This document shows, piece after piece, positions 54,101-63,116 of a stretch of DNA of 64,000 nt; position 1 is the stretch's first letter; the number at the start of each line of letters is the position of its first letter. The position numbers were made by a program, and so were the translations under genes. The notes under the pieces were generated by a model. The model saw only the letters and a program-made list of their open reading frames with translations. It was not told the DNA's origin and searched no databases. The stretch comes from Malacoraja senta (lineage: Eukaryota): positions 53,940,001 to 54,004,000 of the forward strand of contig CM075983.1 of the NCBI GenBank assembly GCA_038087875.1, written 5' to 3'.

Positions 54101-57100
54101 AGAGCAACAGAAGGTAACTGAAGGAGGCAATACGGGGAGAAAAGATGAGGTACAAAAGTAAGCTAGCCAAGAATATAAAGGAGGATCGCAAAAACTTCTT
54201 TAGATATGTAAACAATTAGTTAAGACAAATGTGGGTCCCTTGAAGACAAACAGGTGAATTTATTATGGGGAACAAGGAAATGGCAGAGAAGTTGAACATG
54301 TACTTTGGATCCGTCTTCACTAAGGAAGACACAAACAATTTCTCAGATGTACTAGCGGCCAGAGGACCTAGAGTGACGGAGGAACTGAAGGAAATTCACA
54401 TTAGGCCGGAAATGATGTTGGATAGACTGATGGGACTGAAGGCTGATAAATCCCCAGGGACTGATGGTCTGCATCCTGGGTACTTGAGGTGGCTCTAGAA
54501 ATCGTGGATGCATTGGTGATAATTTTCCAATGTTCTATAGATTCAGTTTCTGTGGATAGGAGGGTAGCTAATGTTATCCCACTTTTAAAGAAAGGAGGGA
54601 AGAGAGAAAACAGGGAATTATAGACCAGTTAGTCTGACATCGGTGGTGGGGAAGATGCTGGAGTCAATCATAAAAGATGAAATAGCGGCACATTTGGATA
54701 GCAGTAACAGGATCGGTCCGAGTCAGCAAGGATTTACGAAGGGGAAATCATGCTTGACTAATCTTCTGGAATTTTTTGAGGATGTAACTAGGAAAATGGA
54801 CAAGGGAGAGCCATTGGATGTAGTGTCCCTGGACTTTCAGTAAGCCTTTGATAAGGACCCTCATTTAAGAACCTTATTCTTAAACTGTGGCCCCTGTTTC
54901 TGGACTCCCCCAACATCGGGAACATGTTTCCTGCCTCTAGCGTGTCCAAACCTTTAACAATCTTATATGTTTCAATGAGATCTCCTCTCATCCTTCTAAA
55001 CTCCAGAGTGTACAAGCCCAGCTGCTCCATTCTCTCAGCATATGACAGTCCCACCATCCCGGGAATTAACCGTGTAAACCTACGCTGCACTCCCTCAATA
55101 GCAAGAATGTCCTTCCTCAAATTAGGGGACCAAAACTGCACACAATACTCCAGGTGTGGTCTCACTAGGGCTCTGTACAACTGCAGAAGGACCTCTTTGC
55201 TCCTATATTCGATTCCTCTTGTTATACAGGCCAACATGCCATTCGCTTTCTTCACTTCCTGCTGTACCTGCATGCTTGCTTTCATAGACTGATGAACAAG
55301 GACCCAGATCCCATTGTACTTCCCCTTTTCCCAACTTGACGCCATTTACATAGTAATCTGCCTTCCTGTTTTTGCTACCAAAGTGGATAACCTCACATTT
55401 ATCACATTAACATTACATTAAATTACTCACATTAAAGGGTGAAGTACAACGGGATCTGGGGGTCCTTGTACATCAGTCACTGAAAGTAAGCATGCAGGTA
55501 CAGCAGGCAGTGAAGAAAGCTATTGGTATGGTGGCCTTCATAACCAGAGGAGTTGAGTATAGGAGCAAAGAGGTCCTTCTGCAGTTGTACAGGGCCTTGG
55601 TAAGACCACACCTGGAGTATTGTGTGCAGTTTTGGTCTTCAAATTTGAGGAAGGACATTCTTGCTATTGAGGGAGTGCAGCGTAGATTCATGAGGTTAAT
55701 TCCGGGGATGACCGGAATGTCGTATGTTGAAAGAATGGAGCAACTGGGCTTGTATAGACTGGAATTTAGAAGGATGAGAGGGGATCATATTGAAACATAA
55801 GATTGTTAAGGGATTGGACACGCTAGAGTTAGGAAACATGTTCCTGATGTTGGCGGAGTGCAGAACCAGGGTCCACAGTTTAAGAGTAAGGGGTAGGCCA
55901 TTTAGAACAGATGAGGAAAACCTTTTTCGCAGATAGTTGTGAATGTGTGGAATTCTCTGCCTCAGAATGCAGTGCAGGCCGATTCTCTAGATGCTTTCAA
56001 GAGATAGATAGAGCACTTAAAGATAGCACTTAAAGATAGAGCACTTAAAGATAGTCAAAGGATATGGGGAGAAGGCTGGAACGGGGTGCTAATTGTGGAT
56101 GATCAGCCATGATCACAGTGAATGGCGGTGCAGGCTCGAAGGGCCGAATGGCCTACTCCTGCACCTATTGTCCATTGTAAAGTATCTCGGTCTGCACTGC
56201 GGCCTAACATCATAATAATAATAATAATAATATCTTTTATTGTCATTGCACGTCAGTGCAACGAGATTTAGTATGCAGCTCCACCGATGTACAAGAAAAG
56301 TAAGATAAATAAATAAGCAAGCAAGCTGAGTGACGTGACCATCCGAGGGAGACTGTCCGGGGGGGGGTGGGGGTGGGTGGGCACTCAGCAGGGCCGGTTC
56401 AGAGCCGCTATAGCTCTTGGAATAAAGCTGTTTCTGAGTCTGGAGGTTCGGGCGTAGAAGGCCTTGTAATGTCTGCCGGAGGGAAGTAGTTCAAACAGTT
56501 CGTTACAAGGGTGTGATGAGTCCTTATGGATGCTGACGGCCTTCCTGAGGCACCGTGTGTGGTAGATGCCCTCCAAGGCTGGTAGCTCTGTCCCAATGAT
56601 CCCCTGCGCTCTGTGAACGACGCGCTGAAGAGCTCTCCTCTCCGCCTCCGTGCAGCTGAGATACCACACAGAGATGCCATACGTTAATATGCTCTCTGGT
56701 GCAGCGGTAGAACATTGTCAGCAGCTGTTGGGGCAGACCAGTCTTTTTTAATGTCCTCAGGAAGAACAGTCGTTGCTGTGCCTTCTTGACCAGCGCAGCG
56801 GTGTTGGTGGACCATGTGAGGTCCTCTGAAATGTGAGTGCCCAGAAACTTAAAGCTGGACACTCTCTCCACACTTTCCCTGTAAATGGAGATTGGGGCGT
56901 ATTCTCCATTATGGGACCTCCTGAAGTCACTAATCAGCTCCTTGGTCTTGGAGGTGTTTAGTGACAAGTTGTTATGAGCGCACCAGTCCGCCAGGTTCTG
57001 CACCTCCGCTCTGTATTTTGTTTCATCACCGTTGGTGATCAGCCCAGATCATGGAGCTGGTGGTCCCTCTCGGGGATCGACCGCCAGTGCTCCAACCGCG

Positions 57101-60100
57101 GGAGCCTGCGGACTTTAGCATCGTGGAGCTCGCGGTTCCTTGATTAGGGACCGACTTCAGGAACTCCAAGCCACAGGAATTTCAACTGCCCTGATCGCGG
57201 GAGCTTCAATCGCTGGTTGCAAGAGCTTCGATCGCCCCGACTGCGGGAGAATAAAGAGGGAAGAAGATTAGACTTTATTGCCTTCCATCACAGTGAGGAA
57301 TGTGGAATCCGCTGTGGTGGATGTTTATGTTAACTTTTATGTAATTGTGTGTCTTGTTGCCTTTTTTAGTATGGCTGTATGGTAATCGAGTTTCACTACC
57401 TTAATTGGTACATGTGACAATAAACAGACCTTTGACCTTTTTGACTTTTGAATTCCTTCATCTAAATCATTGATGTATATTGTAAAAAGCTGCGGTCCCA
57501 GCACCGAGCCTTGTGGCACACTAGTCACTACCTGCCATTCTGAAAGGGACCCATTAATTCCTACCCTTTGTTTCCTGTCTGCCAACCAATTTTCTATCCA
57601 TGTCAATACCCTACCCCCAATGCCATGTGCTCTAATTTTGCCCACTAATCTCCTGTGTGGGACCTTATCAAAGGCTTTCTGAAAGTCCAGATACATTACA
57701 TTCACTGTCTCTTCCTTGTCCTTTACTTGCTACATCCTAAAAAAATCCCAGAAGATTAGTCAAACAAGATTTCCCCTTCATAAATCCATGCTGACTTTGA
57801 CCGATCCTGTTATTGCTATCCAAATACGGCACTATAACATCTTTAATAATTGACTCCATTCGATAGCTAAAATCTGCAATTGCCTCTATCCCAACACATC
57901 TGGCACTTCAAATCATCCTCAATTTATGTTTGACCAAAGTCATCCAAAATGAGGAACTTGATAGATGTTCAGATACAGTTTAATCCCATCAGTAACTTAA
58001 TTGGGTCATACGTTTTTTTCATAAATGTTTATGGTATCATTCAGATCCTTATTAAAATAGTGCAATAATAATAATAATAGATTTTATTTGTATAGCGCTT
58101 TTCAAGGACTCAAAGTCGCTTTACATGGAGAGTCAAGAACAAAACAAAATAGAGCAGTAAGACAGAGATGCAAAGGGGAGGGGGACATGGAACTAAGGGT
58201 ATGCAGAGGTGAAGAGATGGGTCTTGAGGCGGGACTGGAGGATGGTGAGGGACTCAGAATTTCGAATCAATTGTGGGAGGGAGTTCCAGAGCCTGGGAGC
58301 TGCCCTGGAGAAGGCTCTGTTTCCAAAAGTGCAGAGGTTGGATTTCGGAATGGAGAGGAGACAGGCTGATGTGGATCTGAGGGACCGTGAGGGTTGGTAG
58401 GGGGAGAGGAGGTCAGTGAGATAAGGGGGGGCCAAGTGGTTGAGGGCTTTGTAGGTGAGGACCAGGATTTTGTAGATGATCCAGTGGGAAATGGGAAGCC
58501 AGTGAAGTTCTTTGAGAACTGGGGTGATGTGGTGCCAGGATTTGGTGTGGGTGATGAGTCGGGCGGCTGCATTCTGGACCAGTTGGAGTCGGTTGATGTT
58601 GCTGGAATTAATGCCAAAGAGAAGAGAGTTACAGTAGTCCAGTCGGGAGGAGATGAAGGCATGGATGAGTCTTTCAGCAGCGGGGGGTGTGAGAGAGGGT
58701 CTGATTTTGGCAAAGTTGCGGAGGTGAAAAAATGATGTTTTGACAACATGGCAGATGTGAGGCTCAAGGGAGAGGGTTGAGTCAAAGATCACGCCAAGGT
58801 TGCGGGCCTGAGGAGATGGGGAGACAGTGGTGCCGTCAATAGTGAGAGTGGGGTTGTTAATTTTGGTAAGTGTTGATTTGGAGCCAATGAGGAGAAATTC
58901 TGTTTTGTTACTGTTTAATTTAAGGAAGTTGAGTTGCATTCAAGATTTGATGGCTGACAGGCAGGAGTTGATATGGGAGAGAGGGGGTTGGTGGGGGGAC
59001 TTGGTGCTGAGATAGATCTGGGTGTCATCAGCATAGCAATGGAAGTCCAGGTTGAAGTGACGGAGTATATGACCAAGGGGGAGGATGTAGATGATGAAGA
59101 GGAGGGGACCGAGAACGGAGCCTTGGGGAACGCCTTGAGTGACAGTGGCTGTGGCAGAGGTGTGGTTATGGAGAGAGATGAAGTGGGATCGGTTGGAAAG
59201 GTAGGAACGGAGCCATATTAAGTGCAGAACCTTCAATGCCAAGATCTTTAAGTCTGGTAAGCAGGATGTTATGGTTCATGGTATCGAAGGCTGCACTCAG
59301 GTCGAGGAGGATGAGGATGTTGAGGGAACCAGTGTCAGCAGAGGTGAGGAGGTCGTTGAGGACTTTGAGGAGAGCCGTTTCTGTGCTTTGGAGGGGGCGA
59401 AAGCCAGATTGGAGGGGTTCGTATAGGTTGTACGCGAGGAGGTGGGAATGAAGTTGTGACTCGACGATACGCTCCAGGGTTTTTGAAAGAAAGGGGAGGT
59501 TTGAGATAGGGCGGTAGTTGATGAGAGAGGAGGGATCAAGACCAGGTTTCTTTAAGATTGGTGTGACAGCAGCAGTTTTGAAAGCAGAGGGGACAATTCC
59601 TTGGGTCAATGAGGAGCTGAAGAGATTAGTGAGGTAGGGGCAGAGAGCGGGGAGGCAGGACTTCAGCAGGGGAGTGGGGAGAGGGTCAAGGGAGCAGGTA
59701 GTGGGTTTGGAAGAGCTGATGAGTTTGGAGATTTCAGTAGGGGTGACCGGGTCAAACTGGGAGAGGAAGCAGTGTGGAGGAGGGGTAAGGAGGTCAGTGG
59801 AGATGTTGAAAGGAGGGGCCTTGGTAGGTGGTGGAGTAGATGCTGGGGAGTCGGGTACAGGGGATAAAGATTGTTGTGTTCCATTTTACTGAAGCAGCAG
59901 TATGATGTTTGTAAAACAAAGATTGTTGGGTGGGTGGGGGGGGGGACACATGGAGAATACCTCTGATTCTCTTAATAGGCAAAGAATAATTATGCCAAAA
60001 CTACATAATGTATTGGAGGCAAAATGGCTGTTTGAAGTGGCCCCATCAGCACTATTCTACTTTCCACTTTCTCTTTGAGCCCAGCTAGCTTCGTCCCTTA

Positions 60101-61404
60101 AAGCATCTGCAATGTTCACCATAGCCCCTCCTTGTGATGTGCCATTGTACATTTATGCAACTCTTTCGTAGTGAAGTTTACCTGAATATTTTGTTGGGTT
60201 TCTGAAAGATATAATTTGTATTTGTGACCGTTCTTTTGGGACTTCAAAAGTGGAAACCTATCTGCATGTATTTGTTGGGGGAAATTGTAGCCTTCTCTTT
60301 TCTGGGGGAAAGAAGTTCCAGTCTGGCTTTATTTCTGAATTTATCCTTGTGAACCTCTTTGCAAATTTTGTAACTCAAGTGTGATCGCACCATGTTTTTA
60401 TACAAGCATAACGGAATATATTTGAAAGGAACTCTCGTGCTCCATTTTTTGACCATTCATGAACATGTTCTTACTTTGAGTGTTACCTGTTAAGACTCAC
60501 TTTTGCTTCGACAAAATTAAGATTTCAATCCGATCATTATGTGAAATCCTGAATCTTTCCACCAGGGTGCACTGTGCACTTTTCTACATTTGTTTTGTCA
60601 ATTATATGCCCAATCGGTTGTACTTTTGGTTTCACAAGGTAAACTATATCCTTAAATTAATTGAAGTCTGCAGTTTTAAAATAATATTTCTAATTCAAAA
60701 TACCAGATCTCTCATTTACAAGTAGTGAACCAGTTTTTCCAGCTTCAATCACTATGGAACACTACTTTCTAGCTTTCTCTGTAGTCTAACTGCTCATATT
60801 TTGTAAATGTTTTTCTTGTTTTATATCCAGTTTGCCATTCATGCTGTAACTTCCCTCAACGCAGCACAAGTCCCATGTAGTAACTCACCTAATGGCATGT
60901 AAAGATTTAAACATTTTACATTGCTTTATCCAGTTTCTTTTATTTCAAAACTCTGATCAAGTGTGGATCCAGTTGAAATAGAGCTGATTGTTTGGTTTCG
61001 TGATTTAAAAAAAAATTGCATCCTCGCTTAATATTTTTGCCGTATCTCATAGCACCAACTGTAAACTATATGCCCAATAATTTTCTATACTTCACCATTC
61101 TTCCTCTTTTTAGAAATGGAGACCTGATATTAGTTTTCTCAGCCCTTTAACGCAGCCCCCGTTTCAATGAATTACTTGTGTCTGGTGAGCCCTCTGCTAA
61201 ATTTTAAGTTATGGATTTACCTCATCATTCTGAATTGATGTTAAATAATGGTTCCAATTTTTCCAATGGTTTAGGAAAAGCACAATAGTGAGATTACTGT
61301 TCCGCTTCTATGAACCTCAGAAAGGAAACATCTATGTAGCTGGCCAGAACATTAACAACGTCAGCCTAGAAAGCTTGCGGAAAGCCATTGGCGTTGTACC
61401 ACAG
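5759..61404 (+). CDS. ABCB7: ABCB7 (mitochondrial ABC transporter, Atm1 ortholog), coding exons 1-12; 3' end lies outside the window. join(5759..5890,6173..6250,21226..21309,24705..24824,39413..39545,40507..40775,45417..45505,45598..45685,47833..48007,51630..51787,52038..52201,61275..61404)
   Basis: Spliced translation matches recalled human ABCB7 ([56 protein letters not shown], Walker A GASGSGKST). All introns are GT-AG and phases chain consistently (1620 nt). Confidence 0.97.
6173..6250 (+). CDS. ABCB7: ABCB7 probable exon 2 ([26 protein letters not shown])
   Basis: Strong pyrimidine tract plus CAG at 6170-6172; open phase-0 frame; donor GTAAAT at 6251; 78 nt, the recalled size of human exon 2. 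Sequence is not conserved, as expected for this region. Confidence 0.6.
6740..7610 (-). mobile_element. Old Rex1/Babar-like LINE remnant
   Basis: Degenerate 3' tail (tttattgtcacatg) and RT C-terminal remnants. Confidence 0.55.
7620..8865 (-). mobile_element. Old CR1 LINE RT remnant, interrupted by a short Penelope terminal-repeat fragment (~7970-8030)
   Basis: Degenerate similarity to the younger CR1 copies in the window. Confidence 0.65.
8867..9083. mobile_element. Harbinger-like MITE (TIR AGGGCCTGTCCCACTT)
   Basis: Inverted termini, TAA/TTA flanks; same TIR as the copies at 22364 and 37999. Confidence 0.75.
9255..9830 (-). mobile_element. RTEX-type LINE 3' fragment with (TTA)n tail
   Basis: ORF 9445..9825 contains [33 protein letters not shown]; TAA repeats at 9255-9270. 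Confidence 0.75.
10166..10398 (-). mobile_element. CR1 (HER1-like) 3' end fragment
   Basis: Same 3' UTR (ggtgcaggagtaggccattcggcccttcgag) as the copy at 41634. Confidence 0.85.
10985..11392 (+). mobile_element. Old Rex1/Babar-like 3' fragment
   Basis: [14 protein letters not shown] remnant followed by a tgtcaataaa tail. Confidence 0.6.
13138..13341 (-). repeat. 3' LTR of the Gypsy element (204 bp), preceded by PPT AAAGGAGGGA (13342-13351)
   Basis: Direct repeat of the 5' LTR with an adjacent purine tract on the minus strand. Confidence 0.93.
16113..16323 (+). mobile_element. CR1 3' fragment nested in the Gypsy RT
   Basis: CR1 3' UTR ending TTTCTATGTTTCTATG; Gypsy RT resumes on both sides. 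Confidence 0.9.
18020..18225 (-). repeat. 5' LTR of the Gypsy element (206 bp), followed by PBS TGGCGACGAGGAT (18006-18018) complementary to tRNA-Ser(GCU)
   Basis: Direct repeat of 13138-13341; PBS matches the tRNA-Ser 3' end ATCCTCGTCG-CCA. Confidence 0.93.
18810..20535 (-). mobile_element. Rex1/Babar LINE (RT C-terminal half), interrupted by an insertion at 18959-19803
   Basis: [29 protein letters not shown] and [14 protein letters not shown] motifs. Confidence 0.85.
18959..19803 (-). mobile_element. Non-autonomous ~845-bp CpG-rich retroposon with L2-type 3' tail and (TTA)n, TSD AAACAT
   Basis: AAACAT at 18953-18958 and 19804-19809; tail tgtgaagcactttg...gtgctatataaataaac(tta)n; no coding homology recognised. 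Confidence 0.8.
21226..21309 (+). CDS. ABCB7: ABCB7 exon 3 ([28 protein letters not shown])
   Basis: [18 protein letters not shown] motif; T-rich acceptor tttcag; donor GTAAAT. Confidence 0.93.
22364..22958. mobile_element. Harbinger-like MITE (TIR GGGCCTGTCCCA), TAA flanks
   Basis: TIRs at both ends and TAA on both sides; GTCG-rich interior. Confidence 0.8.
23361..23491 (+). mobile_element. Penelope terminal-repeat fragment with hammerhead-like motif
   Basis: CTGAAGAAGGGTTTCGACCCGAAAC followed by the conserved repeat body. Confidence 0.8.
24705..24824 (+). CDS. ABCB7: ABCB7 exon 4 ([40 protein letters not shown])
   Basis: High identity to human exon 4; 120 nt; AG/GT flanks. Confidence 0.97.
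25714..26380 (-). mobile_element. Penelope 3' fragment (GIY-YIG end plus terminal repeat) with a short inverted terminal-repeat piece at ~26315-26380
   Basis: [10 protein letters not shown] and MNIDF remnants; same repeat family as 48195. Confidence 0.75.
27174..28820 (-). mobile_element. L1 LINE, 5'-truncated (ORF2 C-terminus with Cys-rich motif, 3' UTR, poly-A)
   Basis: ORFs 28122..28820 ([13 protein letters not shown]) and 27561..28064 (CDKC..HSFVFC); T-rich tail at 27174-27205. Confidence 0.9.
28895..29042 (+). mobile_element. Penelope terminal-repeat fragment with hammerhead-like motif
   Basis: CTGAAGAAGGGTATCGACCCGAAAC at 28912. Confidence 0.8.
29557..31049 (-). mobile_element. Tc1/mariner DNA transposon (DD34E-type transposase, frameshifted), IR/DR-type TIRs, TA TSD
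   Basis: TA|CAGTGCCCTCCA...TGGAGGGCACTG|TA; [20 protein letters not shown] and SPDLNPIE motifs. Confidence 0.95.
31660..34040. mobile_element. Cluster of decayed CR1 fragments (+ RT 31660-32140, ORF1 esterase remnant ~32430-32520, - RT 32606-34040)
   Basis: [28 protein letters not shown] and [12 protein letters not shown] motifs. Confidence 0.75.
34049..34630 (-). mobile_element. Penelope GIY-YIG 3' fragment
   Basis: [22 protein letters not shown] remnant plus the start of the terminal repeat. Confidence 0.7.
35785..37245 (-). mobile_element. RTE (BovB/Expander-like) LINE 3' part, split by a DNA element at 36320-37163
   Basis: [17 protein letters not shown]|[32 protein letters not shown]. 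Confidence 0.88.
36320..37163. mobile_element. Non-autonomous DNA transposon, TIR CAGAGCTGCCAAG, 6-bp TSD CATATG (hAT-like)
   Basis: Perfect 13-bp TIRs; removing the element and one CATATG restores the RTE reading frame. Confidence 0.88.
37255..37815 (-). mobile_element. CR1 3' fragment
   Basis: ORF 37380..37598 ([13 protein letters not shown]) and CR1 3' UTR. Confidence 0.8.
37999..38575. mobile_element. Harbinger-like MITE inserted into a tRNA-SINE (SINE remnants at ~37820-37998 and ~38578-38602, minus strand)
   Basis: TIR AGGGCCTGTCCCACTTA at both ends; SINE sequence resumes on either side. Confidence 0.8.
39413..39545 (+). CDS. ABCB7: ABCB7 exon 5 ([22 protein letters not shown]...MATAVLIG)
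   Basis: 133 nt, gcag|...|gtaagt, homologous translation. Confidence 0.97.
40507..40775 (+). CDS. ABCB7: ABCB7 exon 6 ([19 protein letters not shown]...EVLLVSSIL)
   Basis: 269 nt, lies within ORF 40482..40841; gcag|...|gtaagt. Confidence 0.98.
40964..41263 (-). mobile_element. tRNA-derived SINE (HE1-like of sharks and rays)
   Basis: B-box GGTTCGATCC near 41202-41211, A-box-like 5' end, (TAAAC)n-type tail. Confidence 0.8.
41439..41466 (-). ncRNA. Minimal type-I hammerhead ribozyme-like motif in a Penelope terminal repeat (41337-41468)
   Basis: CUGAAGA-A-GGGUCUCGACCC-GAAA-CGUC: complete catalytic core, stem II, palindromic ACGU stem III and GUC triplet. Confidence 0.65.
41634..44278 (-). mobile_element. 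Young CR1 (HER1-like) LINE, 5'-truncated: APE endonuclease part and an uninterrupted 520-aa RT-containing ORF (41724..43286)
   Basis: GVVYRPP, GDFN, SDH; [21 protein letters not shown]; (CTATGTTT)n tail at 41634. Confidence 0.96.
45018..45197. repeat. ~180-bp palindrome formed by two inverted Penelope terminal repeats
   Basis: Arms of ~90 bp mirrored about TCAG-A-CTGA (centre 45108). Confidence 0.93.
45417..45505 (+). CDS. ABCB7: ABCB7 exon 7 ([30 protein letters not shown])
   Basis: 89 nt, transmembrane helix, canonical splice sites. Confidence 0.96.
45598..45685 (+). CDS. ABCB7: ABCB7 exon 8 ([29 protein letters not shown])
   Basis: 88 nt, near-identical to human; preceded by a 92-bp intron. 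Confidence 0.98.
46520..47363. mobile_element. Non-autonomous hAT transposon (TIR ~CAGGGCCGTCTTA, 8-bp TSD GGCGTAGT)
   Basis: GGCGTAGT at 46512-46519 and 47364-47371; GGGCCC subterminal motifs; AT-rich interior. Confidence 0.88.
47833..48007 (+). CDS. ABCB7: ABCB7 exon 9 ([17 protein letters not shown]...SQGIMAG)
   Basis: 175 nt, acag|...|gtacag, homologous translation. Confidence 0.98.
48195..50000 (-). mobile_element. Penelope-like retroelement (RT plus GIY-YIG, decayed) with 3' terminal repeat
   Basis: ORF 49500..50003 ([35 protein letters not shown]); GIY-YIG end near 48500-48760. Confidence 0.9.
48263..48290 (-). ncRNA. Hammerhead ribozyme-like motif at the 3' end of the Penelope element
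   Basis: CUGAAGA-C-GGGUCUCGACCC-GAAA-CGUC, downstream of the GIY-YIG ORF end. Confidence 0.65.
50528..51435 (+). mobile_element. Truncated Gypsy element: possible LTR remnant, tRNA-Leu-type PBS (TGGTGGCAACGGT, 50742) and gag fragment
   Basis: ORF 50956..51399 is gag-like ([27 protein letters not shown]); the LTR boundary is uncertain. Confidence 0.65.
51630..51787 (+). CDS. ABCB7: ABCB7 exon 10 ([42 protein letters not shown]...TKIK)
   Basis: 158 nt, near-identical to human. Confidence 0.98.
52038..52201 (+). CDS. ABCB7: ABCB7 exon 11 (start of NBD, ...[16 protein letters not shown])
   Basis: 164 nt; contains most of Walker A; gtag|...|gtaagt. Confidence 0.97.
53480..54858 (+). mobile_element. 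CR1 fragment (ORF1 end, internal deletion, ORF2 middle)
   Basis: ORFs 53847, 54265 and 54643 match CR1 ORF2. Confidence 0.85.
54860..55410 (-). mobile_element. CR1 RT C-terminal fragment
   Basis: ORF 54788..55345 ([13 protein letters not shown]). Confidence 0.88.
55436..56178 (+). mobile_element. CR1 3' fragment
   Basis: ORF 55492..55800 plus CR1 3' UTR. Confidence 0.88.
56211..57046 (-). mobile_element. Rex1/Babar LINE 3' part with (TTA)n tail
   Basis: [28 protein letters not shown] and [15 protein letters not shown] motifs. Confidence 0.9.
57050..57440 (+). mobile_element. Non-autonomous CpG-rich retroposon fragment with Rex1-type tail (catgtgacaataaa..gaccttt repeats)
   Basis: No ORF; shares a hairpin core with the element at 18959-19803. 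Confidence 0.65.
58066..59875 (-). mobile_element. L2 LINE, 5'-truncated (RT and 3' end, (TTA)n tail)
   Basis: [33 protein letters not shown] and [10 protein letters not shown] motifs; tail at 58066-58080. Confidence 0.93.
61275..61404 (+). CDS. ABCB7: ABCB7 exon 12 ([17 protein letters not shown]...AIGVVPQ; Q-loop)
   Basis: 130 nt; completes Walker A (KST) and ends at the Q-loop; canonical splice sites. Confidence 0.98.
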
Positions 61405-62198
61405 GTAAAGATCGTCACGTGTCAAAATAACCTTTTTCATTTTGTCTTGATCGCTGTACATATGGTTAAAACTTTAAGCAGTTGCCCGATCTGGACTCAA
61501 AAAGAAGGAACATCTGAATATAGATTTGATATCCATTGACTTTGGTGAGAAATGCAAACTGGCGTATGGTGATTACTTGCAGCATAGTTGTCAGACTGTA
61601 ACCCAGTGAATAGCTTAAAATTCATTGCCTTAGGAAAATTATCAGCCAAATTGTTAAGCACAATAGTGGTCTGAGTTATTCTTGCTTTGGGCAATTTTCT
61701 GAAATTGGAAGCCCAACTTGAAGCTGACTGCAATGACAGATGGTAGACTGTTTATCTGATTTAGAATAACTTAGCTGCATAAATGCATCAGCTATGATGA
61801 GATGTTTGGTATTTGTCTTGCATGCTAATCTTAAGATTCAAAAATGTTCATGCTATGTATGTAACAAATCTTTAAGGAGTAGATTTGCTCCATATTTTTA
61901 ATTTGAAAATTGCTGGCTGGGCTACGGGATGAACAGCTTGAATGTTGTAGGCTTGCTTCAGACCTTTCTGTTTGAGGGCTTTGCTTTGAATATTTCAAAA
62001 GGCCATGGCATGCTCACTGGCTCTTCTTATTTACAGTGATATAGCTGCTTTTGAAGCAATTTCAGGCATTATTCTATGTTAAAATTGCTATGACAGATGT
62101 TGCAGGGAATGGAACTGCTTATCAGGGTTGTATGTAATGGATCCCAGTCCATTGCCCATTGTTTTCTGCCAGCATAGAACATTTCTACCCGATTGTTT

Positions 62199-63100
62199 AC
62201 ATCAAAACATAGAAAATAGTTGCAGGAGGAGCCATTTGGCCCTTCGAACAAGCACCACCATTCAATATGATCATGGCTGATCATCCAAAATCAGTACCCC
62301 ATTCCTGCTTTCTTCCCATATCCCTTGATTCCGTTTGTCCAAAGAGCTATATCTAACTCTCTTGAAAACATCCAGTGAATTGGCCTCCACTGCCTTCTGT
62401 GGCAGAGAATTCCACAGATTCACAACTGGGTGAAAAAGTGTTTTTTTCTCATCTCAGTCCCAAATGGCCTACCCTTGACTATTAAACTGTGACCCCTGAT
62501 TCTGGACTCCCCCAACATCGGGAACATTTTTTCTGCATCCAGCCCGTCCAATCCCTTAAGAATTTTATATGTTTTTATATAAGATCCCCCCCTCATCCTC
62601 CTAAATTCCAGTGAATATAAGCCCAGTCGATCCATTCTTTCGTCAGTCCCGCCATCCCGGGAATTAACCTGGTGACCCTACGCTCAATAGCAAGAATGTC
62701 CATCCTCAAATTAGGAGACCAAAGCTGCACACAATACTCCAGGTGTGGTCTCACCAGGGTCCTGCACAACTGCAGTAAGACCTCCTTTCTCCTATACTCA
62801 AATTCTCTCGCTATAAAGGCCAACATGCCATTTGCTTTCTCACTGCCTGCTGTACCTGCATGCTTACTTTCAGTGACTGATGTACAAGCACACCCAGGTC
62901 TCGTTGCACCTACCCTTTTCCTAATCTGACACCATTTAGATAATCTGCCGCCTTGTTCTTACCACCAAAGTGGATAACCTCACATTTATCCACATTAAAC
63001 TACATCTGCCATGCATCTGCCCACTCACCCAACCTATCCAAGTCACCCTGTAGCTTCATAGTATCTTCCTCGCAGCTCACACTGCCACTCAGCTTTGTGT
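62199..63100 (-). mobile_element. CR1 3' part, which resumes at 63938-64000 after a nested copy
   Basis: CR1 RT C-terminus and 3' UTR; continuation tgtaatctgcaaatttagagatg at 63938. Confidence 0.88.
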
Positions 63101-63116
63101 GTAAAGTAAAATCCAC

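Larger units (their letters stand above)
52531..57860 (-). mobile_element. CR1 LINE (52531-53472, resuming ~57445-57860) split by a ~4-kb stack of nested insertions
   Basis: The RT sequence ending ..gctaatgttactttt continues as ..aattccttcatctaaatc at ~57451. Confidence 0.8.
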
